64,000 nucleotides of DNA from positions 8,910,317 to 8,974,316 of the forward strand of contig CM082595.2 in the NCBI GenBank assembly GCA_040954595.2, in the 5' to 3' direction. How positions within the stretch are numbered: the stretch's first letter is position 1; every line of letters starts with the position of its first letter. Source of the DNA: Balanoglossus misakiensis. Lineage: Eukaryota; Animalia; Hemichordata. The position numbers were made by a program, and so were the translations under genes. Below the pieces are notes generated by a model. That model was not told the origin of the DNA, ran no database searches, and worked only from the letters and a program-made list of their open reading frames with translations. This document shows positions 49,701 through 64,000 of the stretch, piece by piece.

Positions 49701-52700
49701 TTGATGATTTTCATGAGCTATAGCCCATGATTTTTTTTTCAAAAATCGACGAACCCATGTTTTTTTTTTCAAAAATCGACGATATTTTGAGATTTCGCAA
49801 AGTTGAAAATTTGACATTTGTTGATGATTTTCATGAGCTATAGCCCATGATTTTTTTTTTTTAAAATCGACGAAATTTTGAGATTTGCAAAGTCGAACAT
49901 TGGTCATTTTGATGATTTTCACCCATTTTTTTTTTTCAAAAATCGACGAACCCATGATTTTTTTTCAAAATCGACGAAATTTTGAGATTTTGCAAAGTCG
50001 AAAATTTGTCATTTTTTGATGATTTTCATCCATGTTTTTTTTCACAATTCAACGAACCCATGATTGTTTTCAAAATCGACGAAATTTTGAGATTTTGCAA
50101 GAACCCATGATTTTTGTCAAAAATCGACGAAATTTTGAGATTTTGCAGTCGAAAATTTGTCATTTTTTGATGGTTTTCACCCATGTTTTTCTAAAAAATC
50201 GACGAACCCGTGATTTTTTTTCAAAATCGACGAAATTTTGAGATTTTGCAAAATCAAAAATTTGTCATTTTTTTGATGATTTTCACCCATGATTTTTTTT
50301 CAAAAATCGACGAAATTTTGAGATTTTGCAGTCGAAAATTTGTCATTTTTTGATGATTTTCACACATGATTTTTTTCAAAAATCGACGAACCCATAATTT
50401 TTTTCAAAATCGACGAAATTTTGAGATTTTGCAAAGTCGAAAATTTGTCATTTTTTGATGATTTTCATCCATGTTTTTTTTCAAAAATCGACGAACCCAT
50501 GTTTTTTTTTCAAAAATCGACGATATTTTGAGATTTCGCAAAGTTGAAAATTTGACATTTGTTGATGATTTTCATGAGCTATAGCCAATGATTTTTTTTT
50601 TCAAAAATCGACGAAATTTTGAGATTTTGCAGTCGAAAATTTGTCATTTTGTTGATTTTCACCCATGTTTTTTTTTAACAATCGACGAACCGATGATTTT
50701 TTTTCAAAATCGACGAACTTTTGAGATTTTGCAAAATCGAAAATTTGTCATTTTTTGATGATTTTCACTCCTGATTTTTTTTCAAAAATCGACGAACCCA
50801 TAATTTTTTTCAAAATCGACGAAATTTTGAGGTTTTGCAAAGTCGAAAATTTTTCATTTTTTGATGATTTTCACCCATGTTTTTTTTTAAAAATCAACGA
50901 ACCCATGATTTTTTTTCAAAATCGACGAAATTTTGAAATTTTGCAAAATCAAAAATTTGTCATTTTTTGATGATTTTCACCATGATTTTTTTCAAAAATC
51001 GACCAAATTTTGAGATTTTGCAGTCGAAAATTTTTAATTTTTTGATGATTTTCACCCATGATTTTTTTCAAAAATCGACGAACCCATAACTTTTTCAAAA
51101 TCGACGAAATTTTGAGATTTCGCAAAGTTGAAAATTTGACATTTGTTGATGATTTTCATGAGCTATAGCCCATGATTTTTTTTTCAAAAATCGACGAACC
51201 CATGTTTTTTTTTTCAAAAATCGACGATATTTTGAGATTTCGCAAAGTTGAAAATTTGACATTTGTTGATGATTTTCATGAGCTATAGCCCATGATTTTT
51301 TTTTTCAAAAATCGACGAAATTTTGAGATTTGCAAAGTCGAACATTGGTCATTTTGATGATTTTCACCCATTTTTTTTTTCAAAAATCGACGAACCCATG
51401 ATTTTTTTTCAAAATCGACGAAATTTTGAGATTTTGCAAAGTCGAAAATTTGTCATTTTTTGATGATTTTCATCCATGTTTTTTTTCACAATTCAACGAA
51501 CCCATGATTGTTTTCAAAATCGACGAAATTTTGAGATTTTGAAAGAACCCATGATTTTTGTCAAAAATCGACGAAATTTTGAGATTTTGCAGTCGAAAAT
51601 TTGTCATTTTTTGATGGTTTTCACCCATGTTTTTCTAAAAAATCGACGAACCCGTGATTTTTTTTCAAAATCGACGAAATTTTGAGATTTTGCAAAATCA
51701 AAAATTTGTCATTTTTTTGATGATTTTCACCCATGATTTTTTTTCAAAAATCGACGAAATTTTGAGATTTTGCAGTCGAAAATTTGTCATTTTTTGATGA
51801 TTTTCACCCATGATTTTTTTCAAAAATCGACGAACCCATAATTTTTTTCAAAATCGACGAAATTTTGAGATTTTGCAAAGTCGAAAATTTGTCATTTTTT
51901 GATGATTTTCACCCATGTTTTTTTTCAAAAATCGACGAACCCATGTTTTTTTTTCAAAAATCGACGATATTTTGAGATTTCGCAAAGTTGAAAATTTGAC
52001 ATTTGTTGATGATTTTCATGAGCTATAGCCAATGATTTTTTTTTTCAAAAATCGACGAAATTTTGAGATTTTGCAGTCGAAAATTTGTCATTTTGTTGAT
52101 TTTCACCCATGTTTTTTTTAAACAATCGACGAACCCATGATTTTTTTTCAAAATCGACGAACTTTTGAGATTTTGCAAAATCGAAAATTTGTCATTTTTT
52201 GATGATTTTCACTCATGATTTTTTTTCAAAAATCGACGAACCCATAATTTTTTTCAAAATCGACGAAATTTTGAGGTTTTGCAAAGTCGAAAATTTTTCA
52301 TTTTTTGATGATTTTCACCCATGTTTTTTTTTAAAAATCAACGAACCCATGATTTTTTTTCAAAATCGACGAAATTTTGAAATTTTGCAAAATCAAAAAT
52401 TTGTCATTTTTTGATGATTTTCACCATGATTTTTTTTCAAAAATCGACCAAATTTTGAGATTTTGCAGTCGAAAATTTTTAATTTTTTGATGATTTTCAC
52501 CCATGTTTTTTTTTCAAAAATCGACGAACCCATGATTTTTTTCGAAATCGACGAAATTTTGAGATTTTGCAGTCGAAAATTTGTCATTTTTTGATGATTT
52601 TCACCCATGATTTTTTTCAAAAATCGACGAACCCATAATTTTTTTCAAAATCGACGAAATTTTGAGATTTCGCAAAGTTGAAAATTTGACATTTGTTGAT

Positions 52701-55700
52701 GATTTTCATGAGCTATAGCCCATGATTTTTTTTTCAAAAATCGACGAACCCATGTTTTTTTTTTCAAAAATCGACGATATTTTGAGATTTCGCAAAGTTG
52801 AAAATTTGACATTTGTTGATGATTTTCATGAGCTATAGCCCATGATTTTTTTTTTCAAAAATCGACGAAATTTTGAGATTTGCAAAGTCGAACATTGGTC
52901 ATTTTGATGATTTTCACCCATTTTTTTTTTCAAAAATCGACGAACCCATGATTTTTTTTCAAAATCGACGAAATTTTGAGATTTTGCAGCCGAAAATTTG
53001 TCATTTTTTGATGATTTTCACCCATGATTTTTTTTTCAAATTCGACAAAATTTTGAGATTTTGCAAAGTCGAAAATTTGTCATTTTTTGATGATTTTCAC
53101 CCATGTTTTTTTAAAAAATCAACGAACCCATGATTTTTTTCAAAATCAACGAAATTTTGAGATTTTGCAAAATCAAAAATTTGTCATTTTTTGATTATTT
53201 TCACCATGATTTTTTTCAAAAATCGACCAAATTTTGAGATTTTGCAGTCGAAAATTTTTAATTTTTTGATGATTTTCACCCATGTTTTTTTTTCAGAAAT
53301 CGACGAACCCATGATTTATTTCGAAATCGACGAAATTTTGAGATTTTGCAGCCGAAAATTTGTCATTTTTTGATGATTTTCACCCATGATTTTTTTTCAA
53401 AAATCGACGAACCCATAATTTTTTTCAAAATCGACGAAATTTTGAGATTTCGCAAAGTTGAAAATTTGACATTTGTTGATGATTTTCATGAGCTATAGCC
53501 CATGATTTTTTTTTTCAAAAATCGACGAAATTTTGAGATTTTGCAGTCGAAAATTTGTCATTTTGTTGATTTTCACCCATGTTTTTTTTAAACAATCGAC
53601 GAACCCATGATTTTTTTTCAAAATCGACGAACTTTTGAGATTTTGCAAAATCGAAAATTTGTCATTTTTTGATGATTTTCACTCATGATTTTTTTTCAAA
53701 AATCGACGAACCCATAATTTTTTTCAAAATCGACGAAATTTTGAGGTTTTGCAAAGTCGAAAATTTTTCATTTTTTGATGATTTTCACCCATGTTTTTTT
53801 TAAAAATCAACGAACCCATGATTTTTTTTCAAAATCGACGAAATTTTGAAATTTTGCAAAATCAAAAATTTGTCATTTTTTGATGATTTTCACCATGATT
53901 TTTTTCAAAAATCTACCAAATTTTGAGATTTTGCAGTCGAAAATTTTTAATTTTTTGATGATTTTCACCCATGTTTTTTTTTCAAAAATCGACGAACCCA
54001 TGATTTTTTTCGAAATCGACGAAATTTTGAGATTTTGCAGTCGAAAATTTGTCATTTTTTGATGATTTTCACCCATGATTTTTTTCAAAAATCGACGAAC
54101 CCATAATTTTTTTCAAAATCGACGAAATTTTGAGATTTCGCAAAGTTGAAAATTTGACATTTGTTGATGATTTTCATGAGCTATAGCCCATGATTTTTTT
54201 TTCAAAAATCGACGAACCCATGTTTTTTTTTTCAAAAATCGACGATATTTTGAGATTTCGCAAAGTTGAAAATTTGACATTTGTTGATGATTTTCATGAG
54301 CTATAGCCCATGATTTTTTTTTTTAAAAATCGACGAAATTTTGAGATTTGCAAAGTCGAACATTGGTCATTTTGATGATTTTCACCCATTTTTTTTTTCA
54401 AAAATCGACGAACCCATGATTTTTTTTCAAAATCGACGAAATTTTGAGATTTTGCAAAGTCGAAAATTTGTCATTTTTTGATGATTTTCATCCATGTTTT
54501 TTTTCACAATTCAACGAACCCATGATTGTTTTCAAAATCGACGAAATTTTGAGATTTTGCAAGAACCCATGATTTTTGTCAAAAATCGACGAAATTTTGA
54601 GATTTTGCAGTCGAAAATTTGTCATTTTTTGATGGTTTTCACCCATGTTTTTCTAAAAAATCGACGAACCCGTGATTTTTTTTCAAAATCGACGAAATTT
54701 TGAGATTTTGCAAAATCAAAAATTTGTCATTTTTTTGATGATTTTCACCCATGATTTTTTTTCAAAAATCGACGAAATTTTGAGATTTTGCAGTCGAAAA
54801 TTTGTCATTTTTTGATGATTTTCACCCATGATTTTTTTCAAAAATCGACGAACCCATAATTTTTTTCAAAATCGACGAAATTTTGAGATTTTGCAAAGTC
54901 GAAAATTTGTCATTTTTTGATGATTTTCACCCATGTTTTTTTTCAAAAATCGACGAACCCATGTTTTTTTTTCAAAAATCGACGATATTTTGAGATTTCG
55001 CAAAGTTGAAAATTTGACATTTGTTGATGATTTTCATGAGCTATAGCCAATGATTTTTTTTTTCAAAAATCGACGAAATTTTGAGATTTTGCAGTCGAAA
55101 ATTTGTCATTTTGTTGATTTTCACCCATGTTTTTTTTAAACAATCGACGAACCCATGATTTTTTTTCAAAATCGACGAACTTTTGAGATTTTGCAAAATC
55201 GAAAATTTGTCATTTTTTGATGATTTTCACTCATGATTTTTTTTCAAAAATCGACGAACCCATAATTTTTTTCAAAATCGACGAAATTTTGAGGTTTTGC
55301 AAAGTCGAAAATTTTTCATTGTTGATTTTCACCCATGTTTTTTTTTAAAAATCAACGAACCCATGATTTTTTTTCAAAATCGACGAAATTTTGAAATTTT
55401 GCAAAATCAAAAATTTGTCATTTTTTGATGATTTGCACCATGATTTTTTTCAAAAATCGACCAAATTTTGAGATTTTGCAGTCGAAAATTTTTAATTTTT
55501 TGATGATTTTCACCCATGTTTTTTTTTCAAAAATCGACGAACCCATGATTTTTTTCGAAATCGACGAAATTTTGAGATTTTGCAGTCGAAAATTTGTCAT
55601 TTTTTGATGATTTTCACCCATGATTTTTTTCAAAAATCGACGAACCCATAATTTTTTTCAAAATCGACGAAATTTTGAGATTTCGCAAAGTTGAAAATTT

Positions 55701-58700
55701 GACATTTGTTGATGATTTTCATGAGCTATAGCCCATGATTTTTTTTTCAAAAATCGACGAACCCATGTTTTTTTTTTCAAAAATCGACGATATTTTGAGA
55801 TTTCGCAAAGTTGAAAATTTGACATTTGTTGATGATTTTCATGAGCTATAGCCCATGATTTTTTTTTTCAAAAATCGACGAAATTTTGAGATTTGCAAAG
55901 TCGAACATTGGTCATTTTGATGATTTTCACCCATTTTTTTTTTCAAAAATCGACGAACCCATGATTTTTTTTCAAAATCGACGAAATTTTGAGATTTTGC
56001 AAAGTCGAAAATTTGTCATTTTTTGATGATTTTCATCCATGTTTTTTTTCACAATTCAACGAACCCATGATTGTTTTCAAAATCGACGAAATTTTGCGAT
56101 TTTGCAAGAACCCATGATTTTTGTCAAAAATCGACGAAATTTTGAGATTTTGCAGTCGAAAATTTGTCATTTTTTGATGGTTTTCACCCATGTTTTTCTA
56201 AAAAATCGACGAACCCGTGATTTTTTTTCAAAATCGACGAAATTTTGAGATTTTGCAAAATCAAAAATTTGTCATTTTTTTGATGATTTTCACCCATGAT
56301 TTTTTTTCAAAAATCGACGAAATTTTGAGATTTTGCAGTCGAAAATTTGTCATTTTTTGATGATTTTCACCCATGATTTTTTTCAAAAATCGACGAACCC
56401 ATAATTTTTTTCAAAATCGACGAAATTTTGAGATTTTGCAAAGTCGAAAATTTGTCATTTTTTGATGATTTTCACCCATGTTTTTTTTCAAAAATCGACG
56501 AACCCATGTTTTTTTTTCAAAAATCGACGATATTTTGAGATTTCGCAAAGTTGAAAATTTGACATTTGTTGATGATTTTCATGAGCTATAGCTAATGATT
56601 TTTTTTTTCAAAAATCGACGAAATTTTGAGATTTTGCAGTCGAAAATTTGTCATTTTGTTGATTTTCACCCATGTTTTTTTTAAACAATCGACGAACCCA
56701 TGATTTTTTTTCAAAATCGACGAACTTTTGAGATTTTGCAAAATCGAAAATTTGTCATTTTTTGATGATTTTCACTCATGATTTTTTTTCAAAAATCGAC
56801 GAACCCATAATTTTTTTCAAAATCGACGAAATTTTGAGGTTTTGCAAAGTCGAAAATTTTTCATTTTTTGATGATTTTCACCCATGTTTTTTTTTAAAAA
56901 TCAACGAACCCATGATTTTTTTTCAAAATCGACGAAATTTTGAAATTTTGCAAAATCAAAAATTTGTCATTTTTTGATGATTTTCACCATGATTTTTTTC
57001 AAAAATCGACCAAATTTTGAGATTTTGCAGTCGAAAATTTTTAATTTTTTGATGATTTTCACCCATGTTTTTTTTTTCAAAAATCGACGAACCCATGATT
57101 TTTTTCGAAATCGACGAAATTTTGAGATTTTGCAGTCGAAAATTTGTCATTTTTTGATGATTTTCACCCATGATTTTTTTCAAAAATCGACGAACCCATA
57201 ATTTTTTTCAAAATCGACGAAATTTTGAGATTTCGCAAAGTTGAAAATTTGACATTTGTTGATGATTTTCATGAGCTATAGCCCATGATTTTTTTTTCAA
57301 AAATCGACGAACCCATGTTTTTTTTTTCAAAAATCGACGATATTTTGAGATTTCGCAAAGTTGAAAATTTGACATTTGTTGATGATTTTCATGAGCTATA
57401 GCCCATGATTTTTTTTTTCAAAAATCGACGAAATTTTGAGATTTGCAAAGTCGAACATTGGTCATTTTGATGATTTTCACCCATTTTTTTTTTTCAAAAA
57501 TCGACGAACCCATGATTTTTTTTCAAAATCGACGAAATTTTGAGATTTTGCAAAGTCGAAAATTTGTCATTTTTTGATGATTTTCATCCATGTTTTTTTT
57601 CACAATTCAACGAACCCATGATTGTTTTCAAAATCGACGAAATTTTGAGATTTTGCAAGAACCCATGATTTTTTTCAAATTCGACAAAATTTTGAGATTT
57701 TGCAAAGTCGAAAATTTGTCATTTTTTGATGATTTTCACCCATGTTTTTTTAAAAAATCAACGAACCCATGATTTTTTTCAAAATCAACGAAATTTTGAG
57801 ATTTTGCAAAATCAAAAATTTGTCATTTTTTGATTATTTTCACCATGATTTTTTTCAAAAATCGACCAAATTTTGAGATTTTGCAGTCGAAAATTTTTAA
57901 TTTTTTGATGATTTTCACCCATGTTTTTTTTTCAGAAATCGACGAACCCATGATTTATTTCGAAATCGACGAAATTTTGAGATTTTGCGGCCGAAAATTT
58001 GTCATTTTTTGATGATTTTCACCCATGATTTTTTTTCAAAAATCGACGAACCCATAATTTTTTTCAAAATCGACGAAATTTTGAGATTTCGCAAAGTTGA
58101 AAATTTGACATTTGTTGATGATTTTCATGAGCTATAGCCCATGATTTTTTTTTCAAAAATCGACGAACCCATGTTTTTTTTTTCAAAAATCGACGATATT
58201 TTGAGATTTCGCAAAGTTGAAAATTTGACATTTGTTGATGATTTTTATGAGCTATAGCCCATGATTTTTTTTTTCAAAAATCGACGAAATTTTGAGATTT
58301 GCAAAGTCGAACATTGGTCATTTTGATGATTTTCACCCATTTTTTTTTCAAAAATCTACGAACCCATGATTTTTTTTCAAAATCGACGAAATTTTGAGAT
58401 TTTGCAAAGTCGAAAATTTGTCATTTTTTGATGATTTTCACCCATGATTTTTTTCACAATTCAACGAACCCATGATTGTTTTCAAAAGTGACGAAATTTT
58501 GAGATTTTGCAAGAACCCATGATTTTTTTCAAATTCGACGAAATTTTGCGATTTTGCAATGTCGAAAATTTGTCATTTTTTGATGATTTTCACCCATGAT
58601 TTTTTGCAAAAATCGACGAACCCATGATTTTTTCCAAAATCGACGAAATTTTGAGATTTTGCAAAGTCGAAAATTTGTCATTTTTTCATGATTTTCATCC

Positions 58701-58767
58701 ATGTTTTTTTTTCAAAATTCAACGAACCCATGATTTTTTTCAAAATCGACGAAATTTTGAGATTTTG
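43750..58767 (+). repeat. Satellite array 3, T-rich orientation: ~78-bp monomer plus an optional ~28-bp submonomer, with ~1.45-1.55-kb higher-order repeats
   Basis: Unit AAAATCGACGAAATTTTGAGATTTTGCAAAGTCGAAAATTTGTCATTTTTTGATGATTTTCACCCATG. Matching ORFs recur at offsets 1548, 1444, 1545 and 1551. Confidence 0.97.
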
Positions 58768-61700
58768 CAAAATCTCAAAATTTCGTGGATTTTTGAAAAA
58801 AAACTAATGGTTGAAAATCATCAAAAAATGACAAATAAATCTCAAAATTTCGTCGATTTGTGAAAAAAAATCCTGGGTGAAAATCATCAAAAAATGACAA
58901 ATTTTCGACTTTGCAAAATCTCAAAATTTCGTCGATTTTTGAAAAAAATCATGGGTGAAAATCATCAAAAAATGACAAATTTTCGACTTTGCAAAATCTC
59001 AAAATTTCGTCGATTTTGAAAAAAATCATGGGTTCGTCGATTTTTTAAAAACAACATTGGTGAAAATCATCAAAAAATGACAAATTTTCGACTTTGCAAA
59101 ATCTCAAAATTTCGTCGATTTTTAAAAAAAAATCATGGATGAAAATCATTAAAAAATGACAAATTTTCGACTTTGCAAAAACTCAACATTTCGTCGATTT
59201 TCGAAAAAAATCATGGGTGAAAATCATCAAAAAATGACAAATTTTCGACTTTGCGAAATCTCAAAATTTCGTCGATTTTTGAAAAAAATCATGGGTGAAA
59301 ATCATCAAAAAATGACAAATTTTCGACTTTGCAAAATCTCAAAATTTCGTCGATTTTTGAAAAAAAATAATGGTTGAAAATCATCAAAAAATGACAAATT
59401 TTCGACTTTGCAAAATCTCAAAATTTCGTCGATTTTGAAAAAAATCATGGGTTCGTCGATTTTTTAAAAACAACATTGGTGAAAATCATCAAAAAATGAC
59501 AAATTTTCGACTTTGCAAAATCTCAAAATTTCGTCGATTTTTAAAAAAAAATCATGGTTGAAAATCATCAAAAAATGACAAATTTTCGACTTTGCAAAAA
59601 CTCAACATTTCGTCGATTTTCGAAAAAAATCATGGGTGAAAATCATCAAAAAATGACAAATTTTCGACTTTGCAAAATCTCAAAATTTCATCAATTTTTG
59701 AAAAAATCATGGGTGAAAATCATCAAAAAATGACAAAATTTTCGACTTTGCAAAATCTCAAAATTTCGTCGATTTTTGAAAAAAAATTATTGTTGAAAAT
59801 CATCAAAAAATGACAAAATTTTCGAGTTTGCAAAATCACACAATTTCGCCGATTTTGAAAAAAATCATAGGTTCGTCGATTTTTTAAAAAAAAACATGGG
59901 TGAAAATCATCAAAAAATGACAAATTTTCGACTTTGCAAAATCTCAAAATTTCGTCGATTTTTGAAAAAAATCATGGGGGAAAATCATCAAAAAATGACA
60001 AATTTTCGACTTTGCAAAATCTCAAAATTTCGTCCATTTTTGAAAAAAAATCATGGAGGAAAATCATTAAAAAATGACAAATTTACGACTGCAAAATCTC
60101 AAAATTTCGTCCATTTGTGAAAAAAAATCCTGGGTGAAAATCATCAAAAAATGACAAATTTTCGACTTTGCAAAATCTCAAAATTTCGTCGATTTTTGAA
60201 AAAAATCATGGGTGAAAATCATCAAAAAATGACAAATTTTCGACTTCGCAAAATCTCAACATTTCGTCGATTTTTGAAAAAAATCATAGGTGAAAATCAT
60301 CAAAAAGTGACAAATTTTCGACTTTGCAAAATCTCAAAATTTCGTCGATTTTTGAAAAAAAATAATGGTTGAAAATCATCAAAAAATGACAAATAAATCT
60401 CAAAATTTCGTCGATTTGTGAAAAAAAATCCTGGGTGAAAATCATCAAAAAATGACAAATTTTCGACCTTGCAAAATCTCAAAATTTCGTCGATTTTTGA
60501 AAAAAATCATGGGTGAAAATCATCAAAAAATGACAAATTTTCGACTTTGCAAAATCTCAAAATTTCGTCGATTTTTGAAAAAAAATCATGGAGGAAAATC
60601 ATTGAAAAATGACAAATTTACTACTGCAAAATCTCAAAATTTCGTCGATTTGTGAAAAAAAATCCTGGGTGAAAATCATCAAAAAATGATAAATTTTTGA
60701 CTTTGCAAAACCTCAAAATTTCGTCGATTTTGAAAAAAATCATGGGTTCGTCGATATTTTAAAAACAACATTGGTGAAAATCATCAAAAAATGACAAATT
60801 TTCGACTTTGCAAAATCTCAAAATTTCGTCGATTTTTAAAAAAAAATCATGGATGAAAATCATCAAAAAATGACAAATTTTCGACTTTGCAAAAACTCTA
60901 CATTTCGTCGATTTTCGAAAAAAATCATGGGTGAAAATCATCAAAAAATGACAAATTTTCGACTTTGCGAAATCTCAAAATTTCGTCGATTTTTGAAAAA
61001 AATCATGGGTGAAAATCATCAAAAAATGACAAATTTTCGACTTTGCAAAATCTCAAAATTTCGTCGATTTTTGAAAAAAAATAATGGTTGAGAATCATCA
61101 AAAAATGACAAATTTTCGACTTTGCAAAATCTCAAAATTTCGTCGATTTTGAAAAAAATCATGGGTTCGTCGATTTTTTAAAAACAACATTGGTGAAAAT
61201 CATCAAAAAATGACAAATTTTCGACTTTGCAAAATCTCAAAATTTCGTCGATTTTTAAAAAAAAATCATGGATGAAAATCATCAAAAAATGACAAATTTT
61301 CGACTTTGCAAAAACTCAACATTTCGTCGATTTTCGAAAAAAATCATGGGTGAAAATCATCAAAAAATGACAAATTTTCGACTTTGCAAAATCTCAAAAT
61401 TTCATCAATTTTTGAAAAAATCATGGGTGAAAATCATCAAAAAATGACAAAATTTTCGACTTTGCAAAATCTCAAAATTTCGTCGATTTTTGAAAAAAAA
61501 TTATTGTTGAAAATCATCAAAAAATGACAAAATTTTCGAGTTTGCAAAATCACACAATTTCGCCGATTTTGAAAAAAATCATAGGTTCGTCCATTTTTTT
61601 AAAAAAAACATGGGTGAAAATCATCAAAAAATGACAAATTTTCGACTTTGCAAAATCTCAAAATTTCGTCGATTTTGAAAAAAATCATGGGTTCGTCGAT

Positions 61701-64000
61701 TTTTTAAAAACAACATTGGTGAAAATCATCAAAAAATGACAAATTTTCGACTTTGCAAAATCTCAAAATTTCGTCGATTTTTAAAAAAAAATCATGGATG
61801 AAAATCATCAAAAAATGACAAATTTTCGACTTTGCAAAAACTCTACATTTCGTCGATTTTCGAAAAAAATCATGGGTGAAAATCATCAAAAAATGACAAA
61901 TTTTCGACTTTGCGAAATCTCAAAATTTCGTCGATTTTTGAAAAAAATCATGGGTGAAAATCATCAAAAAATGACAAATTTTCGACTTTGCAAAATCTCA
62001 AAATTTCGTCGATTTTTGAAAAAAAATAATGGTTGAGAATCATCAAAAAATGACAAATTTTCGACTTTGCAAAATCTCAAAATTTCGTCGATTTTGAAAA
62101 AAATCATGGGTTCGTCGATTTTTTAAAAACAACATTGGTGAAAATCATCAAAAAATGACAAATTTTCGACTTTGCAAAATCTCAAAATTTCGTCGATTTT
62201 TGAAAAAAAATAATGGTTGAGAATCATCAAAAAATGACAAATTTTCGACTTTGCAAAATCTCAAAATTTCGTCGATTTTGAAAAAAATCATGGGTTCGTC
62301 GATTTTTTAAAAACAACATTGGTGAAAATCATCAAAAAATGACAAATTTTCGACTTTGCAAAATCTCAAAATTTCGTCGATTTTTAAAAAAAAATCATGG
62401 ATGAAAATCATCAAAAAATGACAAATTTTCGACTTTGCAAAAACTCAACATTTCGTCGATTTTCGAAAAAAATCATGGGTGAAAATCATCAAAAAATGAC
62501 AAATTTTCGACTTTGCAAAATCTCAAAATTTCATCAATTTTTGAAAAAATCATGGGTGAAAATCATCAAAAAATGACAAAATTTTCGACTTTGCAAAATC
62601 TCAAAATTTCGTCGATTTTTGAAAAAAAATTATTGTTGAAAATCATCAAAAAATGACAAAATTTTCGAGTTTGCAAAATCACACAATTTCGCCGATTTTG
62701 AAAAAAATCATAGGTTCGTCCATTTTTTTAAAAAAAACATGGGTGAAAATCATCAAAAAATGACAAATTTTCGACTTTGCAAAATCTCAAAATTTCGTCG
62801 ATTTTTGAAAAAAATCATGGGGGAAAATCATCAAAAAATGACAAATTTTCGACTTTGCAAAATCTCAAAATTTCGTCTATTTTTGAAAAAAAATCATGGA
62901 GGAAAATCATTAAAAAATGACAAATTTACGACTGCAAAATCTCAAAATTTCGTCCATTTGTGAAAAAAAATCCTGGGTGAAAATCATCAAAAAATGACAA
63001 ATTTTCGACTTTGCAAAATCTCAAAATTTCGTCGATTTTTGAAAAAAAATAATGGTTGAAAATCATCAAAAAATGACAAATAAATCTCAAAATTTCGTCG
63101 ATTTGTGAAAAAAAATCCTGGGTGAAAATCATCAAAAAATGACAAATTTTCGACCTTGCAAAATCTCAAAATTTCGTCGATTTTTAAAAAAAATCATGGG
63201 TGAAAATCATCAAAAAATGACAAATTTTCGACTTTGCAAAATCTCAAAATTTCGTCGATTTTTGAAAAAAAATCATGGAGGAAAATCATTAAAAAATGAC
63301 AAATTTACAACTGCAAAATCTCAAAATTTCGTCGATTTGTGAGAAAAATCATGGGCAAAAATCATCAAAAAATGACAAATTTTCGACTTTGCAAAATCTC
63401 AAAATTTCGTCGATTTTTGAAAAAAATCATGGGTTCGTTTATTTTTGAAAAAAAATATGGGTGAAAATCATCAAAAAATTACAAATTTTCGACTTTGTAA
63501 AATCGCAAAATTTCGTACATTTTTGAAAAAAAATCATGGGTGAAAATCATCAAAAAATGACAAATTTTCGTCTTTGCAAAATCTCAAAATTTCGAACATT
63601 TTTCAAAAAAAATCATGGGTGAAAATCATCAAAAAATGACAAATTTTCGTCTTTGCAAAATTTCAAAATTTAGTACATTTTTGAAAAAAAATCATGGGTG
63701 AAAATCATCAAAAAATGACAAATTTTCGACTTTGCAAAATCTCAAAATTTCGTCGATTTTTGAAAAAAAATCATGGAGGAAAATCATTAAAAAATGACAA
63801 ATTTACGACTGCAAAATCTCAAAATTTCGTCGATTTGTGAAAAAAAATCATGGGTGAAAATCATCAAAAAATGACAAATTTTCGACATTGCAAAATCTCA
63901 AAATTTCGTCGATTTTTGAAAAAAATCATGGGTGAAAATCATCAAAAAATGACAAATTTTCGACTTTGCAAAAACTCAACATTTCGTCGATTTTCGAAAA
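58768..64000 (-). repeat. Satellite array 3, inverted (A-rich) orientation, with its own variants and higher-order repeats; runs off the window end
   Basis: Reverse complement of the same monomer. The 26-aa ORF periodicity corresponds to 78 bp. Blocks recur at offset 945 (60759/61704). Confidence 0.97.

Noticed and set aside
43880-63342. Dozens of F/K/I-rich ORFs
   Set aside because: They are translations of the 78-bp satellite on both strands, with frames set by homopolymer length.

Overview
Eukaryotic, AT-rich, repeat-dominated window with no recognisable intact host gene. The repeat types suggest a marine invertebrate (inference). Three unrelated satellite arrays fill more than half of it: a 116-bp unit (1-5465), a ~192/196-bp unit with 958- and 1332-bp higher-order repeats (~10150-19995), and a ~78-bp unit (~43750-64000) that reverses orientation at a spacer-less palindrome centred on 58767/58768. 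Between them lies a nest of transposable elements: a tRNA-derived SINE, Kolobok-like and AcademH-like non-autonomous elements, MITEs, a truncated Gmr1-type Gypsy element (LTR, tRNA-Pro PBS, gag-PR-IN-RT), and two copies of a ~1.9-kb repeat. The most notable feature is a 5371-bp DNA transposon (36898-42268) inserted in the second copy; the first copy supplies the empty site. It has CAC...GTG termini, a TAA target duplication and bipartite ends (15 bp + 14-bp spacer + GCAGTATT). It carries a spliced, now nonsense-disabled DDE transposase with motifs matching the RAG1/Transib/Chapaev group, and a convergent, intact 217-aa ORF of unknown family. This layout resembles ProtoRAG, but the partner gene is not recognisably RAG2.
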